Assembly (NCBI GenBank): GCA_963718525.1
Contig: OY970355.1
Span: 2,184,025 to 2,248,024 of the forward strand
Length of the DNA: 64,000 bases
Source: Candidatus Dormiibacterota bacterium
GTDB taxonomy: Bacteria > Chloroflexota > Dormibacteria > Aeolococcales > Aeolococcaceae
Direction of reading: 5' to 3'
Positions 28,713 through 38,292 of the stretch are shown here, in pieces. Both the position numbers and the translations under genes were made by a program. The notes beneath the pieces are model-generated. The model saw nothing but the letters and a program-made list of their open reading frames with translations, did not search any database and was not told the DNA's origin. Positions within the stretch are counted from its first letter, which is position 1. Each line of letters starts with the position of its first letter.

Positions 28713-28995
28713 CATGTCCACGCGATTTCAAAGGAATCCATCACGCCTGCTCTAGTCGTCATTCCAACCGTTTCCCGACGAAAGCACTCTAAATCGAACT
28801 CAGCACGCGGCGGAAATAAGTGCTGGTCTGGGGGACCAGGGGTCGCAGGTTCGAGTCCTGTCTCCCCGATTCGCAGCACATTGCAGAGCAGGGCAGCCGT
28901 TTCCAACGGATTCCAATGGATTCCAGCTTGCAGGATTCATTCAGCGGGGACTAGTGCTCACTCTCTGATTGATGTTCTTTCCTGCAAAACCACTG
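28713..28995 (+). repeat. tRNA-Pro(GGG) 3'-half repeat unit, copy 4 (type B)
   Basis: Core 28823-28869. The downstream arm has TTTCCA/ATTCCA/ATTCCA at 28900, 28910 and 28920 and ATTCAT at 28935, then GCGGGGACTAGTGCTC...TTTCCTGCAAAACCACT. Confidence 0.9.
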
Positions 28996-29282
28996 TGTTC
29001 GGCCCCTTAGATACGGTCCAAAGGAAATGTCGTAACCGCTGACAATGTCAAAAGCGATGGAGGTGATTGATGCCGGGCAGCACCATTACACCGCCGGCGC
29101 CGCCGCCGTCGCCGTTCAGCTCCCGGGCTATCCACTAACCGAAGACATCGGCACCGCCACCGGGCCGACCACTGGTCACGCCGTCGGGGGAGTCGGCAAC
29201 CCCCACCTCGTCTGGCTGCTCGCCGGCCCACTCTGTCTCCTGGCCGGCCTGGGCAGCGCTCGGGCAAGCAGGCCTCCCAAAT

Positions 29283-29411
29283 CTAGCCGCGGGTGCCGAG
29301 GACTTCCGTGACACCAAGCTGCTGGACGAACAGCAGGCTGTCGGCGTTGGCCCAGTACTCGGCCAGCATCCCGTCGACCACGCGGAGCGTGTCGGTGCCG
29401 GTGAAGCCCAA
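29283..29411 (-). pseudogene. C-terminal remnant of a SnoaL-like ester cyclase
   Basis: Reverse strand reads GFTGTDTLRVVDGMLAEYWANADSLLFVQQLGVTEVLGTRG*. It is preceded by an in-frame stop, with no N-terminal part. Confidence 0.4.
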
Positions 29412-29478
29412 TTATCGGGATGCGGACCTCTTCACCAGAAACCACTAGTCCAGCTGCGCAAGTCCGTCATGGCGCGGT

Positions 29479-30366
29479 TCAGGCGGCGTCAACCGTGTTG
29501 AAAAAGTCGAGAAGAGCCTTGGCCAACTGCTCGGGCGCCTCCAGTGCTGCGTAGTGGCCGACGCCTTCGAGGCTGATTGATCGAACCGGGTCGGCGGCGA
29601 CCTGCATCATAGTCGCGAAGGTGAACTCGCCACCTCCGGCCCCGATCGCCAGTACGGGCATGCTCAGCTTGCCGGCGGCGACAACGGACACGATGTCTTC
29701 ACCTTCTTGGAGCATGGACTGATAGAGGCCGATCGCGCCGCGCCAGCCCCCGGGACGGGAGTAGGTGCGGACAAACTCGTCGATGTCGGCTTTGGTGATC
29801 GCATCGGGAGTGGCGCTCATGGCCGGGAACGCGAACTGCCCGAGGAACTCGCGCTCGCGTCCGATAAGCAGCATCTCGGGGATGTTCGGAGCCGCGAGGA
29901 CGCCGATGTGCCAGCTTCCCCCGTGGGTAATGTCAGCCAGCATCTCGAGGCCGAAGCCCGGCAGCCCCATCTCGATCGCGCTGAAACTGAGCACGTCGTC
30001 GGGGTGAGTGGCGGCGAGGCGAAGGACGGTCGCCCCACTGATGTCCTGGCCTGTGAGGTGAAGGGGACCAAGGTTGAGCGATTCGATGAGCAGATGCAGG
30101 TCTTCGGTGGAGGCCTTGCTGTCGTAGGTACCTGCCCTATGGTCGGAATCACCGAAGCCGCGGAGATCCACCGCGAATACCCGGTGGCTGCTAGCGAGCA
30201 GGGGGATGAGCTTGCGGAAGGTCCACCACGTTTCGGGGAAACCATGCACCAGCAGGACCGGAGACCCCTCGCTTCCCGCTGCCGCGTAGTGCAGCATGGT
30301 TCCGTTGACTTTGGCGTAGTGGTGCGTGACCCCAGGCAGGGAAGCGTGCTGTGCTTGAGCGGTCAT
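29479..30366 (-). CDS. Alpha/beta hydrolase (epoxide hydrolase / haloalkane dehalogenase-like)
   Basis: LLVHGFPETWWTFRKLIPLL...DLRGFGDS is the typical epoxide-hydrolase-type N-terminus. Nucleophile region LTGQDISG. Confidence 0.8.
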   Translation of the reverse strand: MTAQAQHASLPGVTHHYAKVNGTMLHYAAAGSEGSPVLLVHGFPETWWTFRKLIPLLASSHRVFAVDLRGFGDSDHRAGTYDSKASTEDLHLLIESLNLGPLHLTGQDISGATVLRLAATHPDDVLSFSAIEMGLPGFGLEMLADITHGGSWHIGVLAAPNIPEMLLIGREREFLGQFAFPAMSATPDAITKADIDEFVRTYSRPGGWRGAIGLYQSMLQEGEDIVSVVAAGKLSMPVLAIGAGGGEFTFATMMQVAADPVRSISLEGVGHYAALEAPEQLAKALLDFFNTVDAA

Positions 30367-30465
30367 CTCAGACTCCTTGTGACAGCCGACCTAATGGTCA
30401 ACCTGGTTGTCCATACTAGACAACCAGGTTGACGTTGTCAAGGCGCGTGCGGTAGTCTCCGCTGC

Positions 30466-30966
30466 ATGTCACGCTCGGGCGCCGATCTCGCACTGCTCCT
30501 GCTTGGAGGCTTCCGCGTCCTGGTGGGCGACGCGATGGTGGAGCTTGCCCACCGCGGCTATGAAGACGTCCGGCCCACCCACGATTTCGCGATGCGGGCA
30601 ATCGCCGCGGGTGCCGACAACGCATCGGAACTGGCCCGCCGTCTATCGGTCTCCAAGCAAGCAGCGGCAAAAACCGTCGCGGTGCTCCGAGAGCGCGGGT
30701 ACGTGGCACGAGAGGCCGATCCGCTCGACGCACGCCGAAAACGTCTGCACGTCACGGCCCTCGGTTTCGAGGTTCTGCGAGAAGGCGAAGCCATCTTCGA
30801 CGAGCTCCGCGACAAATGGAAGCTGCAGATCGGCTCCGACGAGCTCGAGCGTCTTGAATTCCGACTCGCTGCGCTGGTGGGTGCTTCGCGGATACGTGTC
30901 GAGACGCCAGGCTGGATTCCCGATGACCTCGACCAGCCGACATCCGCGTCGCCGCCAAGGATCTGA
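30466..30966 (+). CDS. MarR-family transcriptional regulator
   Basis: ASELARRLSVSKQAAAKTVAVLRERGYVAREADPLDARRKRLHVT. Confidence 0.8.
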   Translation: MSRSGADLALLLLGGFRVLVGDAMVELAHRGYEDVRPTHDFAMRAIAAGADNASELARRLSVSKQAAAKTVAVLRERGYVAREADPLDARRKRLHVTALGFEVLREGEAIFDELRDKWKLQIGSDELERLEFRLAALVGASRIRVETPGWIPDDLDQPTSASPPRI

Positions 30967-31137
30967 AGATGCCGAGTTTCAGGCGGAGTACGCGGACGCT
31001 CCGCATCCCTTCGGAGGTTGAACGGCCGGGGCTGATCGCGCAAGCCACGGCTGGCTCGCCGGGATGGAGCGGGGCGAGGATGGCATCTCGGCGGCGATGC
31101 TGCGGCTGGTCCCTCGAGTGGTATCCATGGACGCTGC

Positions 31138-32019
31138 TCAGACGAAGTAGTGGCCCCGTTCGATGTCCTCGATGAGGCCGGGGTGGGTGGGCTTCCAGCC
31201 CATGAGTTCCTGCGTGATGGTGCTCGAGGCGGGCATGTCGGCGCTGAGCAGGCGCACCAGCAAACCCCCGTACTCCGCTGCCGGCAGAGACCGGGCCGGC
31301 AGGTTCAAGTGCCGGCCGATTACCTCGGCAATCTCGCGGACGGGCACGCCTTCGTCACCGACGGCGTTGAGCACTGAGCCGGCAGGCGCCCTCTCGACAG
31401 CCAGCCGATACAGGTTGGCAGCGTCCTTCACGTGGACGGCGGGCCAACGGTTGCTCCCATCGCCGATGTAGCCGGAGACGCCCTTCGTCCGGGCCATGGC
31501 GATGAGCTGGGGGATGAATCCGTGACGCTCCCCCTCACCGTGCACCGAGCGGGGCAGCATGACGAGGCAGGAGCGAACGCCTTTGCCTGCGGCAGCGAGG
31601 GCGGCCTGCATGTTGGTGACGCGGGCGGCGATTGGCCCGGCGGCGATGAGTTCGTCGCGTTCCGTTGCGGCTCGGCCGGGTGTCGCCAGCGTTGCGCCAG
31701 AGATCACCAGCGGCTTGCCGGAGCCGGCGAGGCCGCCGATAAACGTCTCGATGGCCGCAGCGTCGGCCCGCGTCGCAGCCTCGCTCACGCTAGGCACGAC
31801 GAAGGCGAGGTGGATGACGCCGTCGCTCTCGAGGGTGCCGGCGCGAAGCACCTCGGTGTCGCTCAGGTCGCCGCGTAGCACCTCTGCACCCAACTCGGCG
31901 ACGGCGGTGCCGGAGGCGTCCGAGCGCGCGAGTCCGAGGACTTGGTGGCCGGCACTGATGAGTTCGGGGACGACGGCTGAGCCGATCCAGCCGGAGGCCC
32001 CGGTGACGAAGATTCGCAT
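31138..32019 (-). CDS. NAD-dependent epimerase/dehydratase-family SDR
   Basis: MRIFVTGASGWIGSAVVPELISAGHQV. ATG 32019 follows GAGGAGAG. Confidence 0.8.
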   Translation of the reverse strand: MRIFVTGASGWIGSAVVPELISAGHQVLGLARSDASGTAVAELGAEVLRGDLSDTEVLRAGTLESDGVIHLAFVVPSVSEAATRADAAAIETFIGGLAGSGKPLVISGATLATPGRAATERDELIAAGPIAARVTNMQAALAAAGKGVRSCLVMLPRSVHGEGERHGFIPQLIAMARTKGVSGYIGDGSNRWPAVHVKDAANLYRLAVERAPAGSVLNAVGDEGVPVREIAEVIGRHLNLPARSLPAAEYGGLLVRLLSADMPASSTITQELMGWKPTHPGLIEDIERGHYFV

Positions 32020-32116
32020 GAATACTCTCCTCGGTCGTACTTGGGCGGTGAGGATGCTCAGCGCAGACGCCGCGGCCACGACTGATGCGATCCGGTCGCA
32101 TCAGGCTACCACACTG

Positions 32117-32764
32117 ATGCGACAACGTCGCGTCACCTATGCTGTGCTGGTGAGTAGATGGGCGCCGGACGCGCGTGAGCATCTGGAGGCCGCCGCCCTG
32201 GACCTGTTCGTGGAGAACGGGTACGAGGAAACGACCGTCGCGCAGATCGCGGATCGCGCCGGCTTGAACCGCGCCACGTTTTTCCGGCACTTCGCCGACA
32301 AGCGGGAGGTCCTGTTCGGCGGTGAAGACGTCCTGGCCGAGCTGTTCGCCGAGGGCATCAGGGCTGCCGCGACGGATGCCACGCTCATCGAGTGCCTCCA
32401 GGCGGCGTTAGCGGCCGCCAGCGTCGCGATGACCCCGCAACAGCGCGCTCGGGCCGCCCAGCGCGTGCTGGTCGTTGCGGCGAACAGCGAGGTGCAGGAG
32501 CGGGGACTGCTCAAGCACGCCCGAATCGCCAAATCGATCAGCACCGCGCTGCGCGACCGGGGCGCAGACGAGCTGACAGCCAGCCTGGCGGCGGAAGTGG
32601 GGATGCTCGCGTTCTCAATCGCGGTTGAGCGCTGGATGAAGGCGGACCATGACGTACCGTTCGCGGTTCACACGGCAGCGGCGTTGAGCGACCTACGGGT
32701 GCGTGCGGCTGAGATTGGCTCCCCGTCTCGCCGCGCGGCCCTACGCGGGCGTAGCCAAACATAG
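32117..32764 (+). CDS. TetR-family transcriptional regulator
   Basis: HLEAAALDLFVENGYEETTVAQIADRAGLNRATFFRHFADKREVL. Only the C-terminal ~215 codons of ORF 31559-32764 are credible. The start is uncertain (ATG 32117 or GTG 32150). Confidence 0.8.
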   Translation: MRQRRVTYAVLVSRWAPDAREHLEAAALDLFVENGYEETTVAQIADRAGLNRATFFRHFADKREVLFGGEDVLAELFAEGIRAAATDATLIECLQAALAAASVAMTPQQRARAAQRVLVVAANSEVQERGLLKHARIAKSISTALRDRGADELTASLAAEVGMLAFSIAVERWMKADHDVPFAVHTAAALSDLRVRAAEIGSPSRRAALRGRSQT

Positions 32765-32991
32765 GAGACCAACTCACTCTTGCTTCCGGTCAAGAGGGAC
32801 CAGTTCGCTAACCGGAACAGGGGCAGCGGAACCCCGGGCGCCCAATTACTTCAGGCGTCTCCCGACGGGCTGTCTTAACGCCAGCCGTCCTTCACGGGCA
32901 ATGTGCCCCTCACTGGAGACCGGCCTCGTTTTTGAAAACCGGCCACCGGAGCGAGACCTGAACGAGACTGGGGTGTCCTGACTTTGGTGGA

Positions 32992-33765
32992 GTGGGGCGC
33001 GTAACCCGTTCTGCCGCTCTGTCGGGTAAGACTTCGTGTTATCGTCCTGTTCATGCGCACGACCGGGACAGTGACAGCGTGGCACGACTGGCTGAGCGCG
33101 CAGCGCGACTTCGGGGTAGGGCGGAGGATGCGGTGACGACGTTACGCCGCGCTTCTCTGCTGCATGACCTTGGGCGGGCTGCCGTGCCCACCGGGATATG
33201 GGAGCGTCCCGGCCGCCTGAGCAGCGCCGAGTGGGAACGCGTACGGCTGCACGCCTACCAGACCGAGCGGATCCTTGCGCGGTCATCGGCGCTGACGGAA
33301 GCCGGGCGCATCGCCGGCATGCATCACGAGCGGATCGACGGCAGCGGGTACCATCGTGGCTCGCGCGCCGCGGAGCAGGACATCGACTGCCGGCTGCTGG
33401 CCGCGGCCGATGCTTACAGCGCGCTCACGGAGTCGCGTCCATACCGGCCCGCATTCAGCCCTGACGCCGCTGCTCACACACTGCGCGAGATGGCGCTCGA
33501 CCCCGAAAACGTCGAGTGCGTGCTGGAGGCGGCAGGCCAGACGCGACGGCGGATACGGTCACGACCCGCCGGGCTGACCGAGCGTGAGGTCGCCGTGCTC
33601 CGACTCATCGTGCGTGGAATGTCGATGGGCGAGGTTGCCACGGCGCTGCACATCTCGACATCGACCGTGCACACACACCTGGCGCATGTGTACGAGAAGG
33701 CGGGAATCTCCACGCGAGCAGCGGCGGCGTTGTTCGCGATGGAAAACGACCTGCTCGATCCCTAG
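32992..33765 (+). CDS. HD-GYP-like domain fused to a LuxR-type HTH, probably N-terminally truncated
   Basis: LHDLGRAAVP...HHERIDGSGYHRG (HD-GYP) and LTEREVAVLRLIVRGMSMGEVATALHISTSTVHTHLAHVYEKAGI (GerE/LuxR). The HD domain begins almost at the ORF start. Confidence 0.65.
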   Translation: MGRVTRSAALSGKTSCYRPVHAHDRDSDSVARLAERAARLRGRAEDAVTTLRRASLLHDLGRAAVPTGIWERPGRLSSAEWERVRLHAYQTERILARSSALTEAGRIAGMHHERIDGSGYHRGSRAAEQDIDCRLLAAADAYSALTESRPYRPAFSPDAAAHTLREMALDPENVECVLEAAGQTRRRIRSRPAGLTEREVAVLRLIVRGMSMGEVATALHISTSTVHTHLAHVYEKAGISTRAAAALFAMENDLLDP

Positions 33766-33793
33766 CAGTTTTCAGAAATCGACAGAACTGTCG

Positions 33794-35224
33794 ATGGACG
33801 AAGGGGCCGGCCGCCGATACGGTCCGGCCATGACAAGCAACAGCGCCCCATCGACCCTCGCGGAAATCCATCGTGATAGCGATGACGACAGCCTCACACG
33901 ACTGCCCGCTGCCGAGATGGCGCGGCTCGTACGGACCCGGACGCTCGACCCCGTCGAGCTCCTCGAGGCGAGCCTGCGGCGCATCGAAGCGCTGGAGCCG
34001 CGCCTCCATGCCTTCGTCGCAGTCCTCGAGCGTTCGGCCCTTGACGAGGCAGAACGCCTGCGCGACCGGTCCGACCTCGATCGCCTACCGCTGGCCGGCG
34101 TCCCGGTTGCCGTCAAAGACAACATCGAGATCGCCGGTGAACCCACGACTCAGGGCTCCCGAGCCACGTCCCAAGCGCCGGCCGCGGAGGACTCAACCAT
34201 CGTGCGGCGGCTGCGCGAGGCCGGCGCGGTAATTGTGGGCAGGACGGTCATGCCTGAGCTCGCGATCTGGCCGTTCACCGAGCCCGAAGCGTTCCCGGCC
34301 CCACGGAACCCGTGGAACCTGGACTGCACGCCCGGCGGGTCGAGCGGAGGTTCGGCGGTTGCCGTGGCTGCCCGCATGGCTGCCCTTGCCGTGGGTTCGG
34401 ACGGCGGTGGATCGCTTCGCGTCCCTGCGGCCTGCTGCGGCATCGTGGGCGTCAAACCGGCACCGGGTCTCGTGCCCCTGCCCGGGGAGCAAACCGAGCA
34501 CTGGCATGGCCTCACAGCGTTCGGACCGCTAGCGCGCAACGTGACTGACGCAGCGCTGTTGCTCGACGTCCTCGCGGAGAGCCATGCCCATCAGGATCCC
34601 GCGGCGGCAACGAGCGGACTGCGCATCGCCATCTCGACTCGCCACCCCGTGTTCGGCGTTCGACCATCCCGCGAGATTCGCGAGTTGCTCTCGAGCACGG
34701 CGGCTGCGCTGGCGGCAGCCGGCCACACCGTTGCATCCGCGGATCCTCGATACCCGATGTTGCCGACGCAGTTCACTAGCCGGTGGCTTGCAGGCATCGC
34801 TCAGGACGCCACCCATGTCGACATGGCGCGGGTCGAATCACGGACGGCCGCGATGGTCCGGCGCGGGCAGCGAGCGCAACGCACGGTACGACCTGCGAGC
34901 GAGAGCAAGTTCGCCAAGTACATCCAACGTTGGTTGGAGGGATGCGACGTCCTCATCACGCCGGTGCTCGCGTCGCCTCCTGTGCCGATTGGCAAATGGG
35001 GAGGCCGGGGATGGACCTCAACGATGCTCGGCGTCGGTCGGTGGACCTACACGAGCATGTGGAATGTCGCCGGCGTCGCGGCGGTTGCCATACCGGCCGG
35101 CATGACCGGTGAAGGCCTGCCCCTGGGTGTGCAACTCATTGGGCCGGCAGGTTCCGAGTCACTGCTGCTCTCGGTCGCGACACAGTTGGAGCGGGCGAAT
35201 CCTTGGCCGACGGCTCCGGTCTAG
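33794..35224 (+). CDS. Amidase (amidase-signature family, GatA-like)
   Basis: GVPVAVKDNIEIAG...GGSSGGSAVAVAA...GSDGGGSLRVPAA signature. The alternative start ATG 33830 is equally plausible. Confidence 0.85.
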   Translation: MDEGAGRRYGPAMTSNSAPSTLAEIHRDSDDDSLTRLPAAEMARLVRTRTLDPVELLEASLRRIEALEPRLHAFVAVLERSALDEAERLRDRSDLDRLPLAGVPVAVKDNIEIAGEPTTQGSRATSQAPAAEDSTIVRRLREAGAVIVGRTVMPELAIWPFTEPEAFPAPRNPWNLDCTPGGSSGGSAVAVAARMAALAVGSDGGGSLRVPAACCGIVGVKPAPGLVPLPGEQTEHWHGLTAFGPLARNVTDAALLLDVLAESHAHQDPAAATSGLRIAISTRHPVFGVRPSREIRELLSSTAAALAAAGHTVASADPRYPMLPTQFTSRWLAGIAQDATHVDMARVESRTAAMVRRGQRAQRTVRPASESKFAKYIQRWLEGCDVLITPVLASPPVPIGKWGGRGWTSTMLGVGRWTYTSMWNVAGVAAVAIPAGMTGEGLPLGVQLIGPAGSESLLLSVATQLERANPWPTAPV

Positions 35225-35331
35225 AGCCGATGCTCCGAGACCACCCCGGTCAACGCGTCACGATGCAACGACCCGCCAGAGCATCCGCGCCGGCGACTGG
35301 CACACATCAGGTGACCAAACGCACGTCTCGT

Positions 35332-35620
35332 GATGTCGAAGCGATTCCAGTGGATTCCATCAAACAAGCTCTAGTCGTCATTCCAACCATTTCCCACAAA
35401 ACCACTCTAAATCGAACTCAGCACTCATCGGGAAATGAGGGCTAGTCTGGGGGACCAGGGGTCGCAGGTTCGAGTCCTGTCTCCCCGACGGACGCGCGAT
35501 TTGATTCGCGGCGAGCGATTAAGGCACGTTGGGCACCGGCGGTGGAACGGATGTAGCGCTGTAACCAGGAATGATGGCTGTTCCTGCAAAAGGCATCATT
35601 CCCCTGTTAGAGCCGGTGTC
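35332..35620 (+). repeat. tRNA-Pro(GGG) 3'-half repeat unit, copy 5 (type A)
   Basis: Core 35442-35488. The upstream arm has GCGATTCCAGTGGATTCCA. The downstream arm is CGGACGCGCGATTTGATTCGCGG...GTAGCGCTGTAACCAGGAATGATGGCTGTTCCTGCAAAAGGCATCATTCC. Confidence 0.9.
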
Positions 35621-35685
35621 GTCCAGAGACCGGCCCGGACGCCGCCACGACTGCAGAGGCAGTCGAACTTGAACCGCATTCAGCC

Positions 35686-36171
35686 TCAGACCCGCGCCTG
35701 GACGGCCGGCTGTCGTATCACGTGCGCCCCAAGTGGGACGACGACGACGGGCAGTTCAGTCTGCAGCGTCAGCCCATGGCTGGTGCTCCCGTGGAGCAAT
35801 TCGGCGAATGCATGCTGGCCTCGGGTGCCCACGACAATCAGCTGGGCTCCCACCTCCGTGGCCACATCTGCGAGCACGATGGGTGCTGACCCCTCCTGCA
35901 CGCGCGACTCCCACGCGACACCGGCCGCCCTGAGAGGCTCGCAGAACTCGGTGATCACCCGCTCCTGCAGGTCCGCGCTGGTCTGATCGACAACGTCCTG
36001 CGGGACATACATCACGTACCCGCCGGCTCCGACGATTGGCGGCGCCAGCGGAGGTGCTACGTGAACGAGGACTACTCGCGCGCCGAGTTGGCGTGCGAGC
36101 TCGGCGGTCCAGGCGACTGCGTTCTGCCCTTGGCTGGATCCATCCGTACCTACGACGATTGTCTTGATCAT
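35686..36171 (-). CDS. Universal stress protein (UspA family)
   Basis: MIKTIVVGTDGSSQGQNAVAWTAELA...LIVVGTRGQHAFAELLHGSTSHGL. Confidence 0.85.
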   Translation of the reverse strand: MIKTIVVGTDGSSQGQNAVAWTAELARQLGARVVLVHVAPPLAPPIVGAGGYVMYVPQDVVDQTSADLQERVITEFCEPLRAAGVAWESRVQEGSAPIVLADVATEVGAQLIVVGTRGQHAFAELLHGSTSHGLTLQTELPVVVVPLGAHVIRQPAVQARV

Positions 36172-36333
36172 CAGACGACCTCCATGACTCGGTATGCCCC
36201 TGTGATACAGCCGTTGGGCCGCACTCGCTAGAGCCGAACGACATCAGGTGTATACGGACCTTTGGCTCCATTAAGGTCCCAGGAGAGCGTCATGCAAGAC
36301 TCCGTCGGTCAGGAGCCGTTCGTCACGTCGATC

Positions 36334-38292
36334 CTATCGGCGAATGAGGTCTGCAACCGCGTACTCGGATGGTGAGGAAAACTGGCTCGAGTACAGGTCG
36401 TAATAGAACCCGCGGCGCTCGAGCAGCTCGGTGTGGCTGCCGACCTCGACGATCCGGCCTGCATCCATCACCACGATGAAGTCGGCGTTGCGGATCGTGG
36501 ACAGACGATGGGCGATCACGAAGCTCGTCCGACCGGACCGGAGGCGCGCCATCGCCTCCTGGATGAGCACCTCGGTCCGCGTGTCGACGTTGCTCGTCGC
36601 TTCGTCGAGGATGAGAATGGCCGGCTTGGCGAGGAAAGCCCTGGCGATCGTGATCAACTGCTGCTGCCCTGACGAGATGTTGGACGCATCCTCGTCAAGG
36701 ACCGTGTCGTAGCCGTCTGGGAGCGTGCGCACGAACTGGTCGACATAGGCAGCTTTGCCCGCTTCGACAACATCCTCGGTGGTGGCTCCGTCTCTGGCGT
36801 ACGCGATGTTCTCTCGGATGCTTCCAGCGAAGAGCCAGGTGTCCTGAAGCACCATGCCGAACATGCTGCGCAGGCGTTCGCGGGGGAGCAGGTTGATGTC
36901 CACGCCGTCGACGAGGATGTGTCCGGAATTGATCTGATAGAAACGCATCAACAGGTTGACGATGGTTGTCTTGCCGGCGCCGGTGGGGCCCACGATCGCG
37001 ACTGTCTGGCCGGGGAGCACGTCCAAGCTGAAGTCGTGAATGAGCGGTTTGTCTGCGACGTAGCGGAACGCGACGTGCTCCAGCGTCACGTGCCCTTGAG
37101 TCCGCCCAGCGGGCGAGGATCCCACGGCATCGGGCTCCTCCTCGGCGGCGAGAAACTCGAAGACGCGTTCGGCCGATGCCAGCCCCGACTGCAGGAGATT
37201 CATCTGGCTGGCGATCTGGGTGATCGGCATCGTGAACTGCCGCGAGTACTGAATGAACGCCTGGACATCGCCGAGGGTCATCGTGCCGGACACGACCCGG
37301 TAACCGCCGATGACGGCGATTGCGACGTAGTTCAGGTTGGCTAGGAGCTGCATCGCCGGTTGCATCGTGCCGGAGAGGAATTGCGCGCGAAAGCTCGCCT
37401 CATAGAGCTTCTGGTTCTTGCCATCGAAGTCGTCGATGGTGCTCGCCGTCCGGCCGTAGACCTGGACCAACGCGTGCCCCGTGTGGGTCTGCTCCACATG
37501 GGCATTGACGGTGCCGGTCCGCTCCCACTGCGCTGCGAACTGCTTCTGGGCGCGGCGAGCGATCACAAGGGTCACGCCGATCGACATGGGAACGGTGACG
37601 AGCGAGATGACCGCCAGCAACGGGCTGATCCACAGCATCATCCCGAGCACGCCGACGATCGTCAGCGCCGATGTGAGCAGCTGGCTGAGTCCCTGCTGCA
37701 AGGTCGTCGTGACGTTGTCGATGTCGTTGGTGACCCGGCTCAACAGGTCACCGTGCGGATGGCTGTCAAAGTACTGCAGGGGGAGACGCCGGAGCTTCGC
37801 CTCAACATCACGGCGCATACCGAACACGGTTCGTTGCGCCACGCCCGCCATGAGGTAACCCTGCATCCAGCTGAACGCCGCGCCGAGGAGGTAGAGCAAC
37901 GCCACCACACCGAGGATCACACCCAGCCCTGTGAAATCGATCCCCCGCCCGGGGGTCACATTCATGCCAGAGAGCATCTGGGCCAGCTGCCCCTGACCGT
38001 GGAGCCGGAGCCCGGCGATCACCTGCGCCTTGGTCATCCCCGCCGGCAGCCCCTTGCCGACCACACCATTGAAGATGAGGTTGGTGGCATTGCCGATGAT
38101 CCGCGGTGCGATCACCGTAAAGGCGATCCCGGTGGACGCGAGCACTGCCGCCAGCGTGATTCGCGGGGCCTCCGGACGGAGGCGGCCGACTAACTGGCGG
38201 AGCGTGCGGCCTGGATGTCGCGTGGTTTGTGGAGGCCCGGTCGGCCCTCGAAACGCTCCGGGGCGTCCGCCCATCGGGCCGCGCGCCATCAT
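36334..38292 (-). CDS. ABC transporter, fused permease/ATP-binding subunit (type-1 exporter, second of a pair)
   Basis: Six-TM domain followed by Walker A GPTGAGKTT, signature SSGQQQL and Walker B ILILDEATS. ATG 38292 overlaps the upstream stop (ATGA). Confidence 0.9.
   Translation of the reverse strand: MMARGPMGGRPGAFRGPTGPPQTTRHPGRTLRQLVGRLRPEAPRITLAAVLASTGIAFTVIAPRIIGNATNLIFNGVVGKGLPAGMTKAQVIAGLRLHGQGQLAQMLSGMNVTPGRGIDFTGLGVILGVVALLYLLGAAFSWMQGYLMAGVAQRTVFGMRRDVEAKLRRLPLQYFDSHPHGDLLSRVTNDIDNVTTTLQQGLSQLLTSALTIVGVLGMMLWISPLLAVISLVTVPMSIGVTLVIARRAQKQFAAQWERTGTVNAHVEQTHTGHALVQVYGRTASTIDDFDGKNQKLYEASFRAQFLSGTMQPAMQLLANLNYVAIAVIGGYRVVSGTMTLGDVQAFIQYSRQFTMPITQIASQMNLLQSGLASAERVFEFLAAEEEPDAVGSSPAGRTQGHVTLEHVAFRYVADKPLIHDFSLDVLPGQTVAIVGPTGAGKTTIVNLLMRFYQINSGHILVDGVDINLLPRERLRSMFGMVLQDTWLFAGSIRENIAYARDGATTEDVVEAGKAAYVDQFVRTLPDGYDTVLDEDASNISSGQQQLITIARAFLAKPAILILDEATSNVDTRTEVLIQEAMARLRSGRTSFVIAHRLSTIRNADFIVVMDAGRIVEVGSHTELLERRGFYYDLYSSQFSSPSEYAVADLIRR

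Noticed and set aside
31559-32116. A long N-terminal extension of the TetR ORF (401 aa in total).
   Set aside because: It is Ala/Arg/Ser-rich low-complexity translation lying antisense to the well-supported epimerase gene (31138-32019). The TetR HTH begins only after 32117.
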